Positions 44,517-59,136 of a DNA stretch of 64,000 nt are shown here, piece after piece. Source of the stretch: the human T2T-CHM13v2.0 reference genome, Homo sapiens; the NCBI RefSeq assembly GCF_009914755.1, contig NC_060937.1. One strand, 5' to 3'. How positions within the stretch are numbered: the stretch's first letter is position 1; each line of letters begins with the position of its first letter. Position numbers and translations under genes: made by a program. The notes beneath the pieces are model-generated. The model worked only from the letters and a program-made list of their open reading frames with translations, did no database searches and had not been told where the DNA came from.

Positions 44517-46935
44517 GAGCAAGTTTGGAAAATATTATAAGAGGAATCCCGCCTCAGGCTCTGGAAACTTTTGCGTATTGTTACTTTTTTATCCAAGAAA
44601 GCATACCCTTTATTTCAGAGGCCTACGTATAAAAAAGATGACTTTATCTTCTACCAAGAAATTGCCTTTCATGTAACAATAAGACATTTAAAAATTACTG
44701 CCATAGAAATGTAATAAGCAAGGGCACACTTCTGCAACTTTAGGAAGGTGTCAATACCCAAATTCAGAATATTTTTCAGTTTCTACATTGTGTGATTTAC
44801 GATAATGCAAGCAGCAATATTTAAGAAATTACAAAATTTTGTCAGCAGCTTGACTAGTATAGCCTGTTTGATCTGTGAGTCTTATTGAAATATAATTTTA
44901 CAACATTGTTCTTTAAAAATTCTCACCGAATCAGATTTAACTATAATGGAATATCCAAATCATAAGACAAGGATATAATACTAGAGATACAAAAAAAGGG
45001 TTAGAAATTAAAATTCAAAACACTCAGAAAACAAAAAATTAAATATACACCACTTTGTGCTCTATGTTAATAATTGCCACGACATGCATTCCATAGATAA
45101 TCTTACCCAATAGCCTTGCATGAAATTTGGCAATTTATAAAACGTATACCTACCTTCAGGAAAATTATCTCATTTAATGTATAAATTAAATGCCAACAAA
45201 ACACACACACACACACTACATATAGCATGCAACTAACACATCGGTCATGCTCAACGGAAAAAAACATGAAAGAAAATAAAGGAGAGAGAAAATGTAGTAA
45301 GACACCGGTATACGTAAATTAAGTCAGTTCAATCTGAGGTCCTGAATTCTATCCATTGTATTTAAGACATTCAGCTTTTTAGTTATAAATGTTAACACAG
45401 AAACAAGTCTCCATGTCCTGGGTTAGAAAGCCATAGAAATTGTAAAGCACCTCTAATAGGATCAGCAAAATAATTTTTGTAGCAGTTTAATAAATGAAAT
45501 GGTTTTTGTAGCCTTAAAAATTATCAGCACTGTCTCAGAGGTTAGCTACAGTACTGAAATTATTCCAAGAGGCAGAAAGGTTTAAACAATTACCAAATTT
45601 AACTTAGAAGGAACTCTTCCAAGAGTAGCTTTTGCTTCACTATTATCAGTTCAATCCCTCATTTGTTCAAAATAATAACATCAACATAATGAATCAGTAC
45701 TCAAAGACTGCACTATTTTTTATTGTTTACATTTATGTTCAGTGCTAACCTTGAGAATGAATTCCAGCACAGATGGAAATATTATATATAGTCTACTTAA
45801 AAATTTACTTAACCAAGAAATCTCAGTCCTGAATGCTTTAATTAACTGAGAGTTTACTACATTCAACCAGACTCCTCCAGTCTCCAGCTGGCTACAATAA
45901 CAATCCATCCAAAGCTGTAAGCACAGTGACAGTTTTTTATACTTTTCTCTTGTACAGAAAGAGGCACTGGCAGCTTGCGTAGCTGATGAGTTCTAACAAT
46001 GCCCTACTGAGCACAGAGATGCAAATCTCTTTGTAAATGTACAGTCAAGGTTCAATTAAATGGTGTACTGTAGATCAGTCGCTCTTCAAAGAAATGAAGA
46101 GAGAATAGAAAAAAAGAAATGAAACAACCAAACTAAAAAAGGAAGGAAAGAAAAGGGCAGCCTTCCTGCCAGGTCAGACTCCCTCCACCTCCAGCCTAGC
46201 AGTGGCACTGCAGGTCCCAGGGCCCAGCATAAAAGTCCAGCAAGCCAGGGTGGTTCAACATTAGCCCCAGTGACCACATTTCTTCCTAAAAAATCACCAC
46301 TGACACTCTGACTTCTTAGCTTTCGTCTTAAGAGAATCGCTGATGTAACCAGACAGTACCAGGGCATGTGTTAATTATGCACTCTACTTATATCAAGATT
46401 TTGTTTTCCTCTTTGATTTGATACCACCTTAAAACATGTAAGATACATTGACAAAGCTTTAAGAAAAATATAATAGTAAGAACCGTGAATGATAAACCAC
46501 TTTTAATATAAGCTAGAAACCCAAAAATTTTTATATGAATTATCACTATAATAATGACTTGGTTTCTAAACTAATTTTAGTGTATCACCTGCTTCAAATA
46601 ATAACATTTATCATAAAAATGATTTCTATAAAGCAAATCTTATATCCTATAAGTTTCCAAATGGAACATGAACTTGGGGAAAATAGGACCACTAGTTGAG
46701 TCAAAAATTTTTTATTTATTAAAAAAAAAGGCAGTCAGTAAAATGACACACGAGGCACTGTAAGAACAATCGGCTGACTCTCCCCAATGAGAGCTAGGCT
46801 GGCCACCTTCCCTTCCTCTGCACACCCAGGACGGGGGTCACCAACCGTAGCACACTGAGCCAGACTCCAAAACAGAAAGGCTGTGGTCGCCTAACTTCAC
46901 AGTCACAGATCCCAGAATCTACTTCCCTCTCTGTT

Positions 46936-47246
46936 CTTTTTGTTTGTTTTTGTTTTTGTGTGTTTTGAGACAGAGTCCCGCTCTGTCGCCCAGGCTGGAG
47001 CTCAGTGGCGCGGTCTCAGTTCACTGCAACCTCTGCCGCCCGGGTTCAAGCAGTTTTCTGCCTCAGCCTCCCAAGTAGCTGGGATTAAAGGTGCCTGCCA
47101 CCACGCCTGGCTAATTTTTTGTATTTTTAGTAGAGACGAGGTTTTACCATCTTGGCCAAGCTGGTCTTGAACTCCTGACCTCGTGACCCACCTGCCTCTG
47201 CCTCCCAAAATGCTGGGATTACAGGCGTGAGCCACCGAGCCTGGCC
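46936..47246 (-). mobile_element. AluS
   Basis: Reverse dimer with an imperfect TSD ccctct(c/a)tg. Confidence 0.92.
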
Positions 47247-48359
47247 CCCTCTATGCTTTTTAATCGGAATATTTGTGTGCGTCGTATAATAGAGGTGCAT
47301 TCACTATCAAACTTCCCATTAAATACCACAGCTTAAAATACAGATTCCCACACCATTCTTTGATTAGAGACTAAATGTTCTATGAAGTGAATGTTTCCAA
47401 GTCATTTGAATATGGTTTTACCGTGGTATTTGTAATAATAAAAATCTGTATTAGTATGGTTTCCTCTCTCCTTTAATATTATAGTTATTACCACCAGAAA
47501 AAAAATTGTTGACATAATTTCTAGCTACTTAGGTAAATGCAAAAACAGAATTCGAAGAGCCAAATGAACAAAAACATCAGGCTTCAAATGAACACAACAT
47601 TCAGTTATCCTACCTGAATATCCCCAGAGTTGTTGTTGTGCTAGAATACAATTAAATCCATTCTTAGAAGAGGTCAGAATTGTCAGTTTTCACATGATGG
47701 CTACAGAAATTATTCTGTATCTTAAGATACTGCTGTCTGTAGAATCTTTACAGATCCTTATGTAAAAGAAAACCCAGAAACAAAACTCCAAACATAGCAG
47801 AATACACATCTAAGATTTAAAGCTATATTTCAGTGCAAACTAAATCGAAGTACGTAAGAGTCAGGAGTGTTGGTTCAGAAAGAAAGCAAAGAAAGAATTA
47901 TGGACTTCATATGCGCAAATTACATTATAGCTGCATAACGTCATTTGATAAGCTACCAGTGAGCTTTTTGCACAGGCTATCATGTTCAGAGATTCTAGAT
48001 TAAAAAACCTGATTTTTTAAATTTTTAATTTTTAAAAAGTTTTGGAGTACCTATACAAAGTGTACAATTAATTCCAACTTTATAATAAAGAAAAAGAGAT
48101 TTTATCATCTATTTCCACTGCTTGTCCATGGTAACCAACAATAATTACAAACTTCTAAGAATTGTTCCACGAACATCTATCCCTCCTCTGCTTGAATGAA
48201 GCAAGAAACTTTTAATCAACTGGACTGCTACAGTTCTGTGAGATTTCTGTGTATTTGGGTCCCTTAGGCTAACTAAACTAGTAGCTAAGATAGAGAGCAA
48301 AGGTGTAACCAAAGAAACTCAATTCTTCTCATCTTAACATCATTCTAATCACTTTAGCA

Positions 48360-51140
48360 ACAGGCACCTTGTTAGTTAGGCAATACTGATTGAGTGCTAG
48401 AGATATAGAAATGGACAACTAGACATGGTCCCAGACCTGGCCCTACAGTCTAATGGAGAAGGCAAGTATCAGATAAATTATTACAAATACTTAAACAGGT
48501 ACCAGTGTGTGAGTGCCATGGAGAACAGAGCATGGAAGCACACATGGGTTGCATGAAAGATGAGCAGAGGTAGTGAATGGAGGAGTTGGCAAGGAAGCCA
48601 CATGTATCACACCTGAGGGAGGGACAGAACATGCTGTCCTCCAAACAGGAAAAAGCATGGAACTAAGGGAAGGAGATTAAAAATAGCAAATATCAATAGA
48701 ACCTTCCATGTACCAGGCATCTTCATAACACCCAGAAAATGGAGCCAGCTAATGAAGTGCCTCATAGGAAAGGTTACGGATTTTGGTCTCATCTAATAAA
48801 TAAGTATGAAAATTTTAAAAATTATAAATAAGACCCGACACCAAGCATCTGTACCACTAAACTGTTCTTGTTTCCTTTTTCTTCATCCAAAATCCATTTA
48901 CCTGCTCTTCTAACTATTCTCCAATTTCTGATATCCATCCATTTACTTAAGCAACTTAATACAGAAATAATTCAGACCTGGAAATTAAAAAAACAAAAAT
49001 CATAGCTTCAACTCTGCAACTCAAGCAAGTCATTTAAATCCCTCAATTTCTTTGAGCTTCAATGTCTCAATCTCTCAAATGGAGATACAGGCTCTATTAT
49101 CTCATGGTTGTAAAGAATAAACAAGATTACAGAAGACACTGATTTGAAGAGAACTATTAACTCACAGACACTAAGAAAGAGATTTGCCTTTTGGCCTCTG
49201 CGCCCCATCTCCTCCATGCGGTCCCCACCCAGCCCAGCAGCTGAAGCATCAACTTATCCAGTCAAACTTGGCAAGCAGGCTCTCGGCCAGACCTTGGAAA
49301 TATAAAAATAAAGATTGCCCTTGCTCTCAAGGATGTTGCAGTGTAGCACAGTAAAAACATGATTCTAATAAAGCAAAGAGGATCATATGGACTATGTACT
49401 GGGTTCCAAGAGCAAAAGAGAGGCATTCACCTCAGACTGCAGGGCAGGGGTGAGGCACAGGGCAAGATGTCAAAGAAAGCTTCCTGGAGGTGACACATGA
49501 GCTCAGTACTGAATGATGAATAAACATTAGCTGGGCAAAGTAGAGGATGGAAAGAAAGTATTCTAAGCAAAAGGAACACCATGTACAAAAGGGCAGCTAT
49601 GAGAAAATTTTCATGCAGGAAAAAAAATACTGAGCACCTACACTGAAGTAGGCACTGTGCTAGATGGTGGTAACAAATCTGACAGGTCTCTCTGCTCTCA
49701 TGAAATATAGGGAGGATTCAAGTTCATCAACCTACAAGTGCTTGTATAATTAGAACAGAAGAGGGCAATTAGAACAGAAGAGGGCGCTTGCATGCACCAA
49801 GGCCAGTGAGACAGCACTCCAAAATCATGGAAGTTTACAATCATGGAAAGTCCCCTAGTTCATGCTAGCAGGGCTAGATTTATCCTGATAGATTCAATGT
49901 CCACTGGAAAACCTGCAGCAGGAGGGTGACATGATCAGATGAAGCCCAAGCGCTGTAGACAGGGACATCAACTGCAAGAGTCCAGTAACAACATTACGAG
50001 AAATTAGAGGACCTGTAATAGGCAGTGGAGTAAGACCAAGGGACTGGCACAGAAAATTTAGTCAACAGATCCTGGAGACTGTGGGGAACAAAGAAGAAAA
50101 TTTAAGGATTCATTCTTGAGCAATCTTGTGGACAGTAGTGTTATTTTCAGTGGGATCACTCAAAATGAGAAACAGATTTGGGGAGAGGATGAAGACTAAA
50201 GTTTTGCAATATTGATTTTGAAATACTTATGGGATTCCAAGTGCAAAATGCTAACAATAGCTACCATTTGTCAGTATTATATTAAGTGCCGGATATTATG
50301 TTAAACTATATGTATTACGTATTCATCATTCGATCTTCAGCATAATGCCTGCTGTGAGTAAAATATTACAATGAAGCTTTCAATAACCTGATCTGCTGCA
50401 ATAACACAAACTTGGATACAACTCAACTGGCAAGGTGTGGTTGCTCCCATCCTCTGCTCAATCCTTATTTCATTATCCTTGCAGTGAAGCAATCCTGAAT
50501 TTTCTGTAATCAAATCCTGGGGACCTTGAGATATACCCTTAGAAGGATAGTACTGTGTTACCATGTTACTGATGAGGAAACAGGGGCTCAGAGAGGGTAG
50601 AAAATTTGTTCAAAGTCACACAATAGAGGAGTGAAGTTTAAGCCCAGATCTGGGTAACTACAAAATCCAGGTTTTTAATCTCTGCTACACTACCTCTCTG
50701 AAGACTAGGGTGGTGACTGAAGATATGGTGGTCACTAACACTTTCATGGGAGTGGATGAATGTATTCAAGGAAAGGAACAAAGTAAAAGAGCTGAGGAAG
50801 GAGCCCCCACACTAACACGTATTTAGGGAGTGAAGTGAGGAACAGAGGTTCACAAATAATTCTGAGAAGCAGGCAAAATCAGTGAATGCCAAGAAGGAAT
50901 GGTATCATCATGGCTGAGGGCTTCAAAGAGGAATACCAAGCTTCTGGGAGATCAGGTAAAAGAAACAGAAAAATCCACTGAGCTGAGTAACAGAAAAATC
51001 ATTAACTAGTGACGTCAGCCAGACTATTTTAGTGGAATGACAGTGGAAGCAAAAGTCTGTTTGGAGTGATAATAAATAAGGAGGAAGTACAGACAATAAG
51101 ACAACTCTTTCCGGAAGCTGGACTATGATAGAATACAAGA
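48360..51140. mobile_element. Cluster of ancient L2 and MIR fragments
   Basis: L2 phrases (tactgagcacctacact...aggcactgtgctag, aaagcttcctggaggtgac) and a MIR core (gatgaggaaacaggggctcagagagg). Confidence 0.6.
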
Positions 51141-52116
51141 AAGAAAATCAAGGTGGAGGTCTGTTTTGTTTTTCCTGAAATGAAATATAGTGAAACATAT
51201 TTAACTGCTAATAAAAGGGGCAGTAGAAGTAAACACTAAAAATACAAGCAGTAGCTCAATATTTAGCTAAGGATTTTAAATGTAATACAAGGAAAAGGTA
51301 CAATTATTAAATAATGTGACAAATTTTGTTTGAGCTACAGAATTAGAGGAAAAGTTTCCATTGCAGAAAAAACATATGATGTTTCCATTTTATGCAGTAG
51401 TACTTCCAAGACTGGCCAATCAGTGTTTACTGATCACTCATAAACAGAATTCCATAGTGCTCTGTGTCAGCAAAGCAATGGAGTAATCATTATGTAGAGC
51501 AAAAAATATCAAATGTAGTTACATGTCTGTGATGCTCCCTACCATATATGAAGGGGGCTCCATAAACATAATACTCCGCCTTTCTTCTCCTGTACTCACT
51601 AATTCCCCCAATAGGCCCCATACCACCAGAAAGCAAGATGACTTATATGATTGGTAAGTTGAGAAAAAGCATCTGCACATGCTCAGCAGGACTCAAAGGG
51701 ACAGATGTTTAGTAGGGGCAGGACCTCTGGAAGGAAGTCTGTGGCTTTCCAGGGCTACCTGTGACTAGACTGGTGAGCTAATCCATTTCACTCTGGGAGT
51801 CAATAGAAATCCAATGCCTGCCACAGCTATAATCTCCAATATCACAATAATCAGTGACAGAGGTGGCTTCTGACATCCATCTGCTCAATCCCTCTGCTAT
51901 GTCTTCACTATGTCTTCACTGACTCACAACTCAGGAAAGGAAAGCAAGGTGTCACTTACTGGTTCCCCGTAAGGCCCTATATCATCATGCTCTCAAAACA
52001 TTAAAACCATTAATGGCAATAAAGTTATATCAAAAACTAATTTTTGTCTGGAACACACAGATAAAAATAAGTGGGAAGATACCCATATGACTGGTTTAAA
52101 AAAGTTTAAAGGCTAG

Positions 52117-52486
52117 TGATATGGTTTGGCTGTGTCCCCACCCAAATCTCATCTTGACTTGTAACTCCCATAATTCCCATGTGTTGTGGGAAGGACCCGG
52201 TGGGAGATAATTGAATCATAGGGGTGGTGTTCTCGTGGTAGCGAATACTGTTCTCATGGTACTGACTAAGTCTCAAGAGCTGATAGTTTTATAAGGGAAA
52301 ACCCCCTTCTCTTGGCTTTCCTTCTCTTTTTGCCTGCCGCCAAGTAAGATGTGGCTTTAGCCTTCTGCCATGATTCTAAGGTCTCCCCAGCCATGTGGAA
52401 CTGTGAGTCCATTAAACTTCTTTTTATTTACAAATTACCCAGTCTCAAGTATGTTTTTATCAGCAGCATGAAAACAGACTAATACA
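52117..52486 (+). mobile_element. THE1 (MaLR) solo LTR, antisense to SACS
   Basis: tgatatggtttggctgtgtcccc...gactaataca. Perfect TSD GCTAG at 52112-52116 and 52487-52491. Confidence 0.93.
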
Positions 52487-53049
52487 GCTAGTTATGAGGG
52501 TTACTAAATAATCATGAAAATAGTAGCCTAACTCTTAAATCTAGATAAAGAAAAGTGACCATCAAGACAATTTCTGGGAGTGCTAACCCACACATGATGT
52601 GTGATTAACAGAAACACTAGATGAACATCTAGTGTCACAATGCCAAGAAAACTAACCAAGACCAGAGACAAAACACAGTGTTTCATTATGACACCAAAAT
52701 AACAACTTGAATCCATAGTAGAGAAAATGAAGACATATAAAAGTGGGAAAATGCAACTTTGAAAGATGTCAAGTTTTCTATATTAATTTATACATTTAAC
52801 TCATCCCTAAAAATATAACAGGTTTGCCCCATCCACCCAGGGCTAGAGAAGCAAGTTGTAGCCACACTCTGTGCCACAAGATATTTGGAAAATGCTGAGC
52901 AAAAACAGAATGCTCTGCTGACCTTCTACCCTTCTCACCTGATTTGGCCCTGAATAACTTTTGGCCGATTTCCAAATCCACATCCACCTTAGAAAGGATC
53001 TGCCACCAACAAAAATATTTTCTTTAAAAGAAAGTAATAAACCACACAG

Positions 53050-53450
53050 TAAAATACTGTAACAATCAGAAAGAACTGTTAACAGCTCCATGCAACAATC
53101 TGGATGAATCTCACCAGCATCACAGCAAATAAAAGCCAGACGCAGAATATATGCCACATGGCTCCTTCTATACAAAGCATGATTAACTAGCAAAGTGAAT
53201 CTATGCTGTTAAAGCCAGTGTCATGGCTACCCTGGAATGGTCAGACTGAAAAAGGCAAGAGAGGGGCTTTTGGGGCTGGTAATCTTCTGTGTAATCTTCT
53301 GGTAATCTTCTGCGTTCTGATCTAGGTTTACATGGGTATGTTCAGATGGTAAAATTTCACTAAGCCTACATTTATGATATGTGCACTGTTCTATATGCAT
53401 CTTATATTTCAACACAAAATTTTAACAAAAATATAATACAACATTAAAAA
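53050..53450 (+). mobile_element. L1ME-like 3' end
   Basis: tggatgaatctcac...tacatttatgatatgtgcactgttctatatg. Confidence 0.6.
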
Positions 53451-54587
53451 AAAAGGAGTTCCAAATCGTTAGAGCAAAGATTGGCAGGCTTATAGGAATC
53501 CAGGCTTAGACTTTCAAAAAGGTTGTTTTGAAGATGACAATTACAATTAAATGAGTAACTCAGACGTTTGAAAAGTCAGTCTCACAGCTACCAACTCATA
53601 GATGCAAATCCCTGATGGGAAACAACATTTGCCTACTCATTTTCTTTTACTCTCACTTTAACTCCAACCTAACTTGCCTCTCCCATTCCAACTCATTTCA
53701 CTTATATTTTAATGAATAAAGGTGTACAATGATTAGCAACTTTCCCTAAGCCATTATCCTGGACAAGAAAAAAGTACATTCCATAAAAGACACATCACAG
53801 AGTATGCTTGACAATGTGAACAGCAGGACAAACCCAGAACTTTTCAGGACAACATCTCACTTAGAAAAAGCTCAGGTAACAGTTTCACAAGGAAAAGGAT
53901 GCTTGCAGGAGTTGAAAGGTAGTATTAAAATTAGAACCATGTTGACTGTTTTCCCAAAATTACTGTCTTTTCCTAAAAGGACACCTATCAGACACCCATC
54001 ACTTTAAGACCCCCGCAAGACCCTTTTCCTGCCCCTGTTACAGAGTTAATTGGATTTGTCCACACTTCCCAGAAGCTGATCAAGCCTAATGCAAACCCAG
54101 CATCATAACTACATAAAACCATGGAGGGGCAGTGGTGTCAGAAATAGAGCAAGGACAGGGCAAGTGGAAGACCTGACCTCTCGGCACTTGGCTGGTGGTC
54201 TTGATCTTAACCTTTCTCTCTCCTCTTCTGTGAAATTTAATAATCACTGTCATTACCAAACAAGCTACAAGTTATGCTGGGAGGCTCAAATGAAAAAAGA
54301 AATGGGAAAGCACTGGAAAACTGTAAAGCACCATGCAGGTATAAGATGTTGACTACACCATCACACCATGACAGGAGAGATTTTTACACTTATCACCTCT
54401 GGATTCTTTTAGACAGCATCTCTTAGATGCCATTCTGGCAACTGAAATATCTTAAAACACAAAAAGTTTATTAGCTTGAGCCATAAGAAATTGTTGATTT
54501 ATAGGTCTAAAATGAATAACAGAAAACTTTTAAAAAACTTGTATTTTTATATAGAAGTTTATTTAAAAGAATACTAAACTATAATAC

Positions 54588-54679
54588 CTCGGGTTTGGGC
54601 AGCTTCCTTTAAAGCAGCCACAAGGTGAGGTTTCAAGTTATCCAAAATAAATCTTCCTTCAAGACTTGGGAAAAGGGAC
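54588..54679 (-). CDS. SACS: Sacsin exon 9 (92 nt)
   Basis: Acceptor tcccttttcag|GTCCC and donor CGAG|gtatta. Reads (R)[30 protein letters not shown](G) and links exon 8 to exon 10 in frame. Confidence 0.96.
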
Positions 54680-55321
54680 CTGAAAAGGGAAAGGAACAGC
54701 AATCATCATAATCTTCCCACAATTCCAAGATTTTAAAAAAACAATCACATATTTTCAAGTCAGTTAAGCCGACTATTTTATTTTACATAAATTATAATGC
54801 ACACATCAAATCAAATTACAATATTTTTGATCAAATATTATCTAGACTTTGCTTTAAAACGTGAAGGCATCATGTACTTTACTCAAATTCAGAAATATTC
54901 TCAACATCTTACAGTAAAATTAATTTTATTTCCTGAAATGTCAGTACACTCTCGTTTATAAAGAATTACTTAATATACTATTTTTCATGAATTTAAATAT
55001 TATCAAAATAATTCATTAGTGACTAATCTGGCCTTGTTATTATTTGCACTTTATAAACATTGTTTTCAGTGTTCTGCTATTGAAATTTCCAAGAAAAACA
55101 GCTGCTTAGATAACTTTTCAACTGATAAACATTTGAATACTTTTTCATTTTAGAATATAAAATGTATCCTTTGGTATTTTAACAATGTATTTCTGCAAAA
55201 GTCTTCCTAACTATAAAATCGACATAGAAAACCATTGAATTTCACAACAAAGGACTCTCACAGTGAGCAGGAGCAGGGGAACCCTAAGAGTGAACAGGAA
55301 TGTTAGAAGGGGGACCCCTAC

Positions 55322-56810
55322 CTTGGATATTCTGCTGAGGTAATATAAATGACATCTTGGTCTGATACAGATGAGGAGAAGGGGACAAAATTGCCATTTT
55401 GTAAAGGGAGCAGCTCCAGCCCAAGCAGCTCACTGTAGGCTTGGTCAGAAAGCACAAATTCTAGAAGGTGAAGCTTTTCTTCAGCACAGCCCAGGTGTGC
55501 ACACTTCCGCAGCACCTGCCGCACCCACGCGGGCGTCACCTTCCTCACAGGTGTTGTGCCAGAGGCAGCTGTGAGCTGAACAGCAGCATCCACATTCCCT
55601 GGTACCTTGGCAATCTGCTTCCCTGAGCTCTGGAGGTAGTTGAGCACAGTTTTTGTGTATTCTAAATTTTCATCAAGTTCTGAGAAGTACACCTGCTCCA
55701 ACCTGACCCAGTCACAGCTAATTGAATAAATCACTGCATTCTGCAACAGCTCGCTGAATAGAGGCTCTAACACCGGTTGCCAGTGCACCTTGACTTTGCT
55801 CGCCTCCGGCCAAAGCTTATAGATAACATCAACTGACAAGGGGAAATCAGAGCTCTTTTCCATCTCCAGACGTTTTATTGAATCTAAGATCAGAGTAGCA
55901 TAAGCTTTGGGGACAACATTCATGACAAGAAACTCATTCCATAAGGCTGCCGGGTCTCTCCACTGGTCCAGCTCTCTCCATTTTATGCTCCTGCGGTTAT
56001 CAGTAAGGCCAAAGAACCCACTGATGTGAACTGGGAGGCCTGTGCTGCTTTCCTCACCAGGTGGTAAAGGAAGGAAACAAAATGCTTTTCCTGAGAAATC
56101 AGACGTTGCTCCTTTTGCTTCATCATCTCTGCTTGATAAAGGCATGGCTATTCCAATGATTGGGACAAATTTCAGTTCATCAGCTAAAGAGTCAAGCTTA
56201 CTACTGATCCCTCGCCCACCCACACTGTTACACACCAACCAAGATGTTTTCTGTGCATCCTTAGTACTCTCCTCTTCTAAAACAATATTTACGTGATATG
56301 TTACACAGGTGATGTTATTGCTTGGAGTCTTTTTACAATAGTTACTTATAGCAGTTCCCAGAATCTTTATAGAATTCGGCCGCTCATGTTTCAGTGCCTT
56401 ACTCTCACTCGAAGTCACTCTAAACACCAGTTTCTCTGTTCCGTCAGCCTCTCGGACATATAAGGAAACATCCTGCACACTTTTCAGAAAGAGCAGCACT
56501 GTGTCTGCATCTGCCCTAAAAGACTCAAACAACTCAAGAACCTTCTGCTTATTGTAGAGGTTACTACTAAGTTGTGAAGGTTGTAGGCGAAGAGGGAAAC
56601 GGAAAAATGTTCCTGGAAAATTGCCGTTTATAAATGTTTCCTTGGTGCTTCCAAAAATGCCAACAAATGGTGCAAACTGGTCTGAAAGTTCACTAATTTC
56701 TTTGCTGTCATCTTTGAGATTCCAACATTGGCCTGATTCATGTGGGCCAAAAAGTGTTTGATGAGGATCTAGCATCCCGATTTGGTCACCACTAAAGATA
56801 CAAGGAACAT
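55322..56810 (-). CDS. SACS: Sacsin exon 8 (1489 nt), SIRPT1
   Basis: The 485-aa ORF extends to acceptor tttacag|ATGTTCC. Donor CCAAG|gtaggg. Motifs GTFFRFPLR and FCFLPLP...GLPVHISG parallel the repeats in exon 10. Confidence 0.98.
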
Positions 56811-59136
56811 CTGTAAAGAAAAATTTAAGTCATGATCAACTCTGAAATTTTAGGGACAATTATGATTACAATTATAATAAATATATGAAAAAGCATGAGC
56901 CATTAAATGACTAAAACAGATTTATCTAAACACAAACTTAATTTACCTTCAGAAATGTAATTCTCTGAACATGAAAAATGATTTCTCTTTTGATTCAATC
57001 CAATAACAAATGCCAGGCATAGAGACTTTGCATGATTACTGTGAAAACCTAGGAGACATCTTCAAAAACTCACTACACAAAAGATGGGCAGAGTATTTGG
57101 ATATATACACTTAACCCCCACCACCATGTGAGCCCAATTCGACAGAACAGGACTGCATCCTATGCTCAACTTTACAAATTCAGCATAGACTCTGTAAGAA
57201 GAGACAGAGAGCAGTACAATGCAGGTGACTCTGCCCACTGTGTTGCTCAGTGAGTGCCTGCCCTGAAGCTCATGAGGTACATTCCCTCAAGGGGTCTTAA
57301 CCTCTCTGCCTCTGGAGCGGAAGCACTTCTCTTGCTGGGAGCATCTCACCACGTGGAGCCTAATTACAGTATTGAAAGATACCCATCTTTTGTATAACAT
57401 GGCCTCTAAATTGATACCAGCTGCTTCACCTGTTCCTCAACCAAGGACAGAGTAGTATTCAAAAACTGGCAGAAAAACCAGATGTGTGAGACCCACTGTG
57501 ATGAGAGAAATTCCTCCCCAGTGTGCTTTGGTGAAGATCTCCCAAGGGTGATGTGATGTATGCTTGCCTCACATGCTTACTTAGCACCTGGGTTTCCTGC
57601 AAGATGCAACTCCAGTGAAGTCAATCTTTAATACCTACGGTCGTCAAGCACAGCTTCAGCTGTCACAATCACCAACTCCCAAGCTTGTGGGTATTTTAAG
57701 TTAGCAAATGTTATGTCCACCAACCACATGGCTAAATCCATGGACAGTGGGGTCTAGGGAATGCTCAACCCTGCTCCCAAGGCACAGAGTCGCACCCCCA
57801 TGAATGAAATCAGGCCAGGTGGCTCCTGACAAGATAAAAGCATGACCTATGACCTATGACCTTCTCAAATCCTTGGTTTAGAGAAGAGTCCTCCAGTTAA
57901 TGTTCCACACAAATGTGCTTATTCTCAATGAGCAATCAAAACCACACTGAGATGCAGGTGCTGGGCAATTAGCTGGGCTCTCACGCCACAGTTCATTCCT
58001 GCTTAAGCCTCCAGGCTTTTGCTACTCACATCTGTGTCCCACAACATTTACAAACTACTACATGGCACAGACTTGTGGGATAACTTACAAAGAGGTGGAC
58101 ACGAGTATTAATATTCATAGATAATAGTCATATTTTAATATATAATTTAATTTTGATTATATGATTTGTAATTTAGTCAATATTATTTAATAGAATATAT
58201 ATGTATGAATGTAAATGCAACAGGCTTACTAAAATTTGGCTAGAGTTGGGATGACCCTACTTCCCACTTGCCCAGGGCAGTCCCAATTCAGGCCAGTAGT
58301 CTGAGAATAGTACCACCCTCCTTCACTCTCACACGTGTCCCAGTATGAATAATAAAGTATACAGTCATCTTGGCTACAGTGATAGCCCTGCCTGTGCAAT
58401 CTTTCCTTCTCCTGCAAGACACAGTTTGAAACTAAAAGGACCAACTCCATTACAAAATTTTTTATCACAAAACTATAATCAGTACTAAGAGCTTTGATTC
58501 TACAAGAGCCATATACTCTCAGAGATGTCCACACTGAGTTAAGTATTTCCTATTGTAACTAGGAACCAGAAACCTCATATTCTTTCTAGATTAAAAATAT
58601 GATTTCAAAGTAATCTTTAGAATGCTTATAAGTCTAAAAAGAGTAGAATGAGGAAGGAAAATAAGAGATACCAGAACCACCTCAAAGATTTTCACTTTCT
58701 CAGTTATTCAATACCATTAGATATTATACCTTCCTGTTTAACCTTCTGATATTTAGAACATGTACAAGAAGATCTGTGATACTCAGTTTGTTTGACTTGA
58801 AGAGTTGCAGTTTTGAAATTTTTCAGAGTAAAAATTTTGTGTTCAAAAGCTGTATTTCCACATCAAATGGCTTAATATGTTACACTGATTCCACTGGATC
58901 ATGATGATGTTAACTTTTGGCATCACATGATGAAGGAAAACTTTGGTATTGTTACTGTGGTAATTTCAGAAAATTCAGTATGCACTGATATTTCATTGAC
59001 ATACCTCCTGCTACTGACAGAAGAATTTGGGTAAGATGGCTTTTAAACAGTATCACCTCTGAAGTTAACCAAATACATTACAGAATGTAAGATATAATAT
59101 TTTCTAATACCAAGACCGAAAAGCCTAATACTCTAC

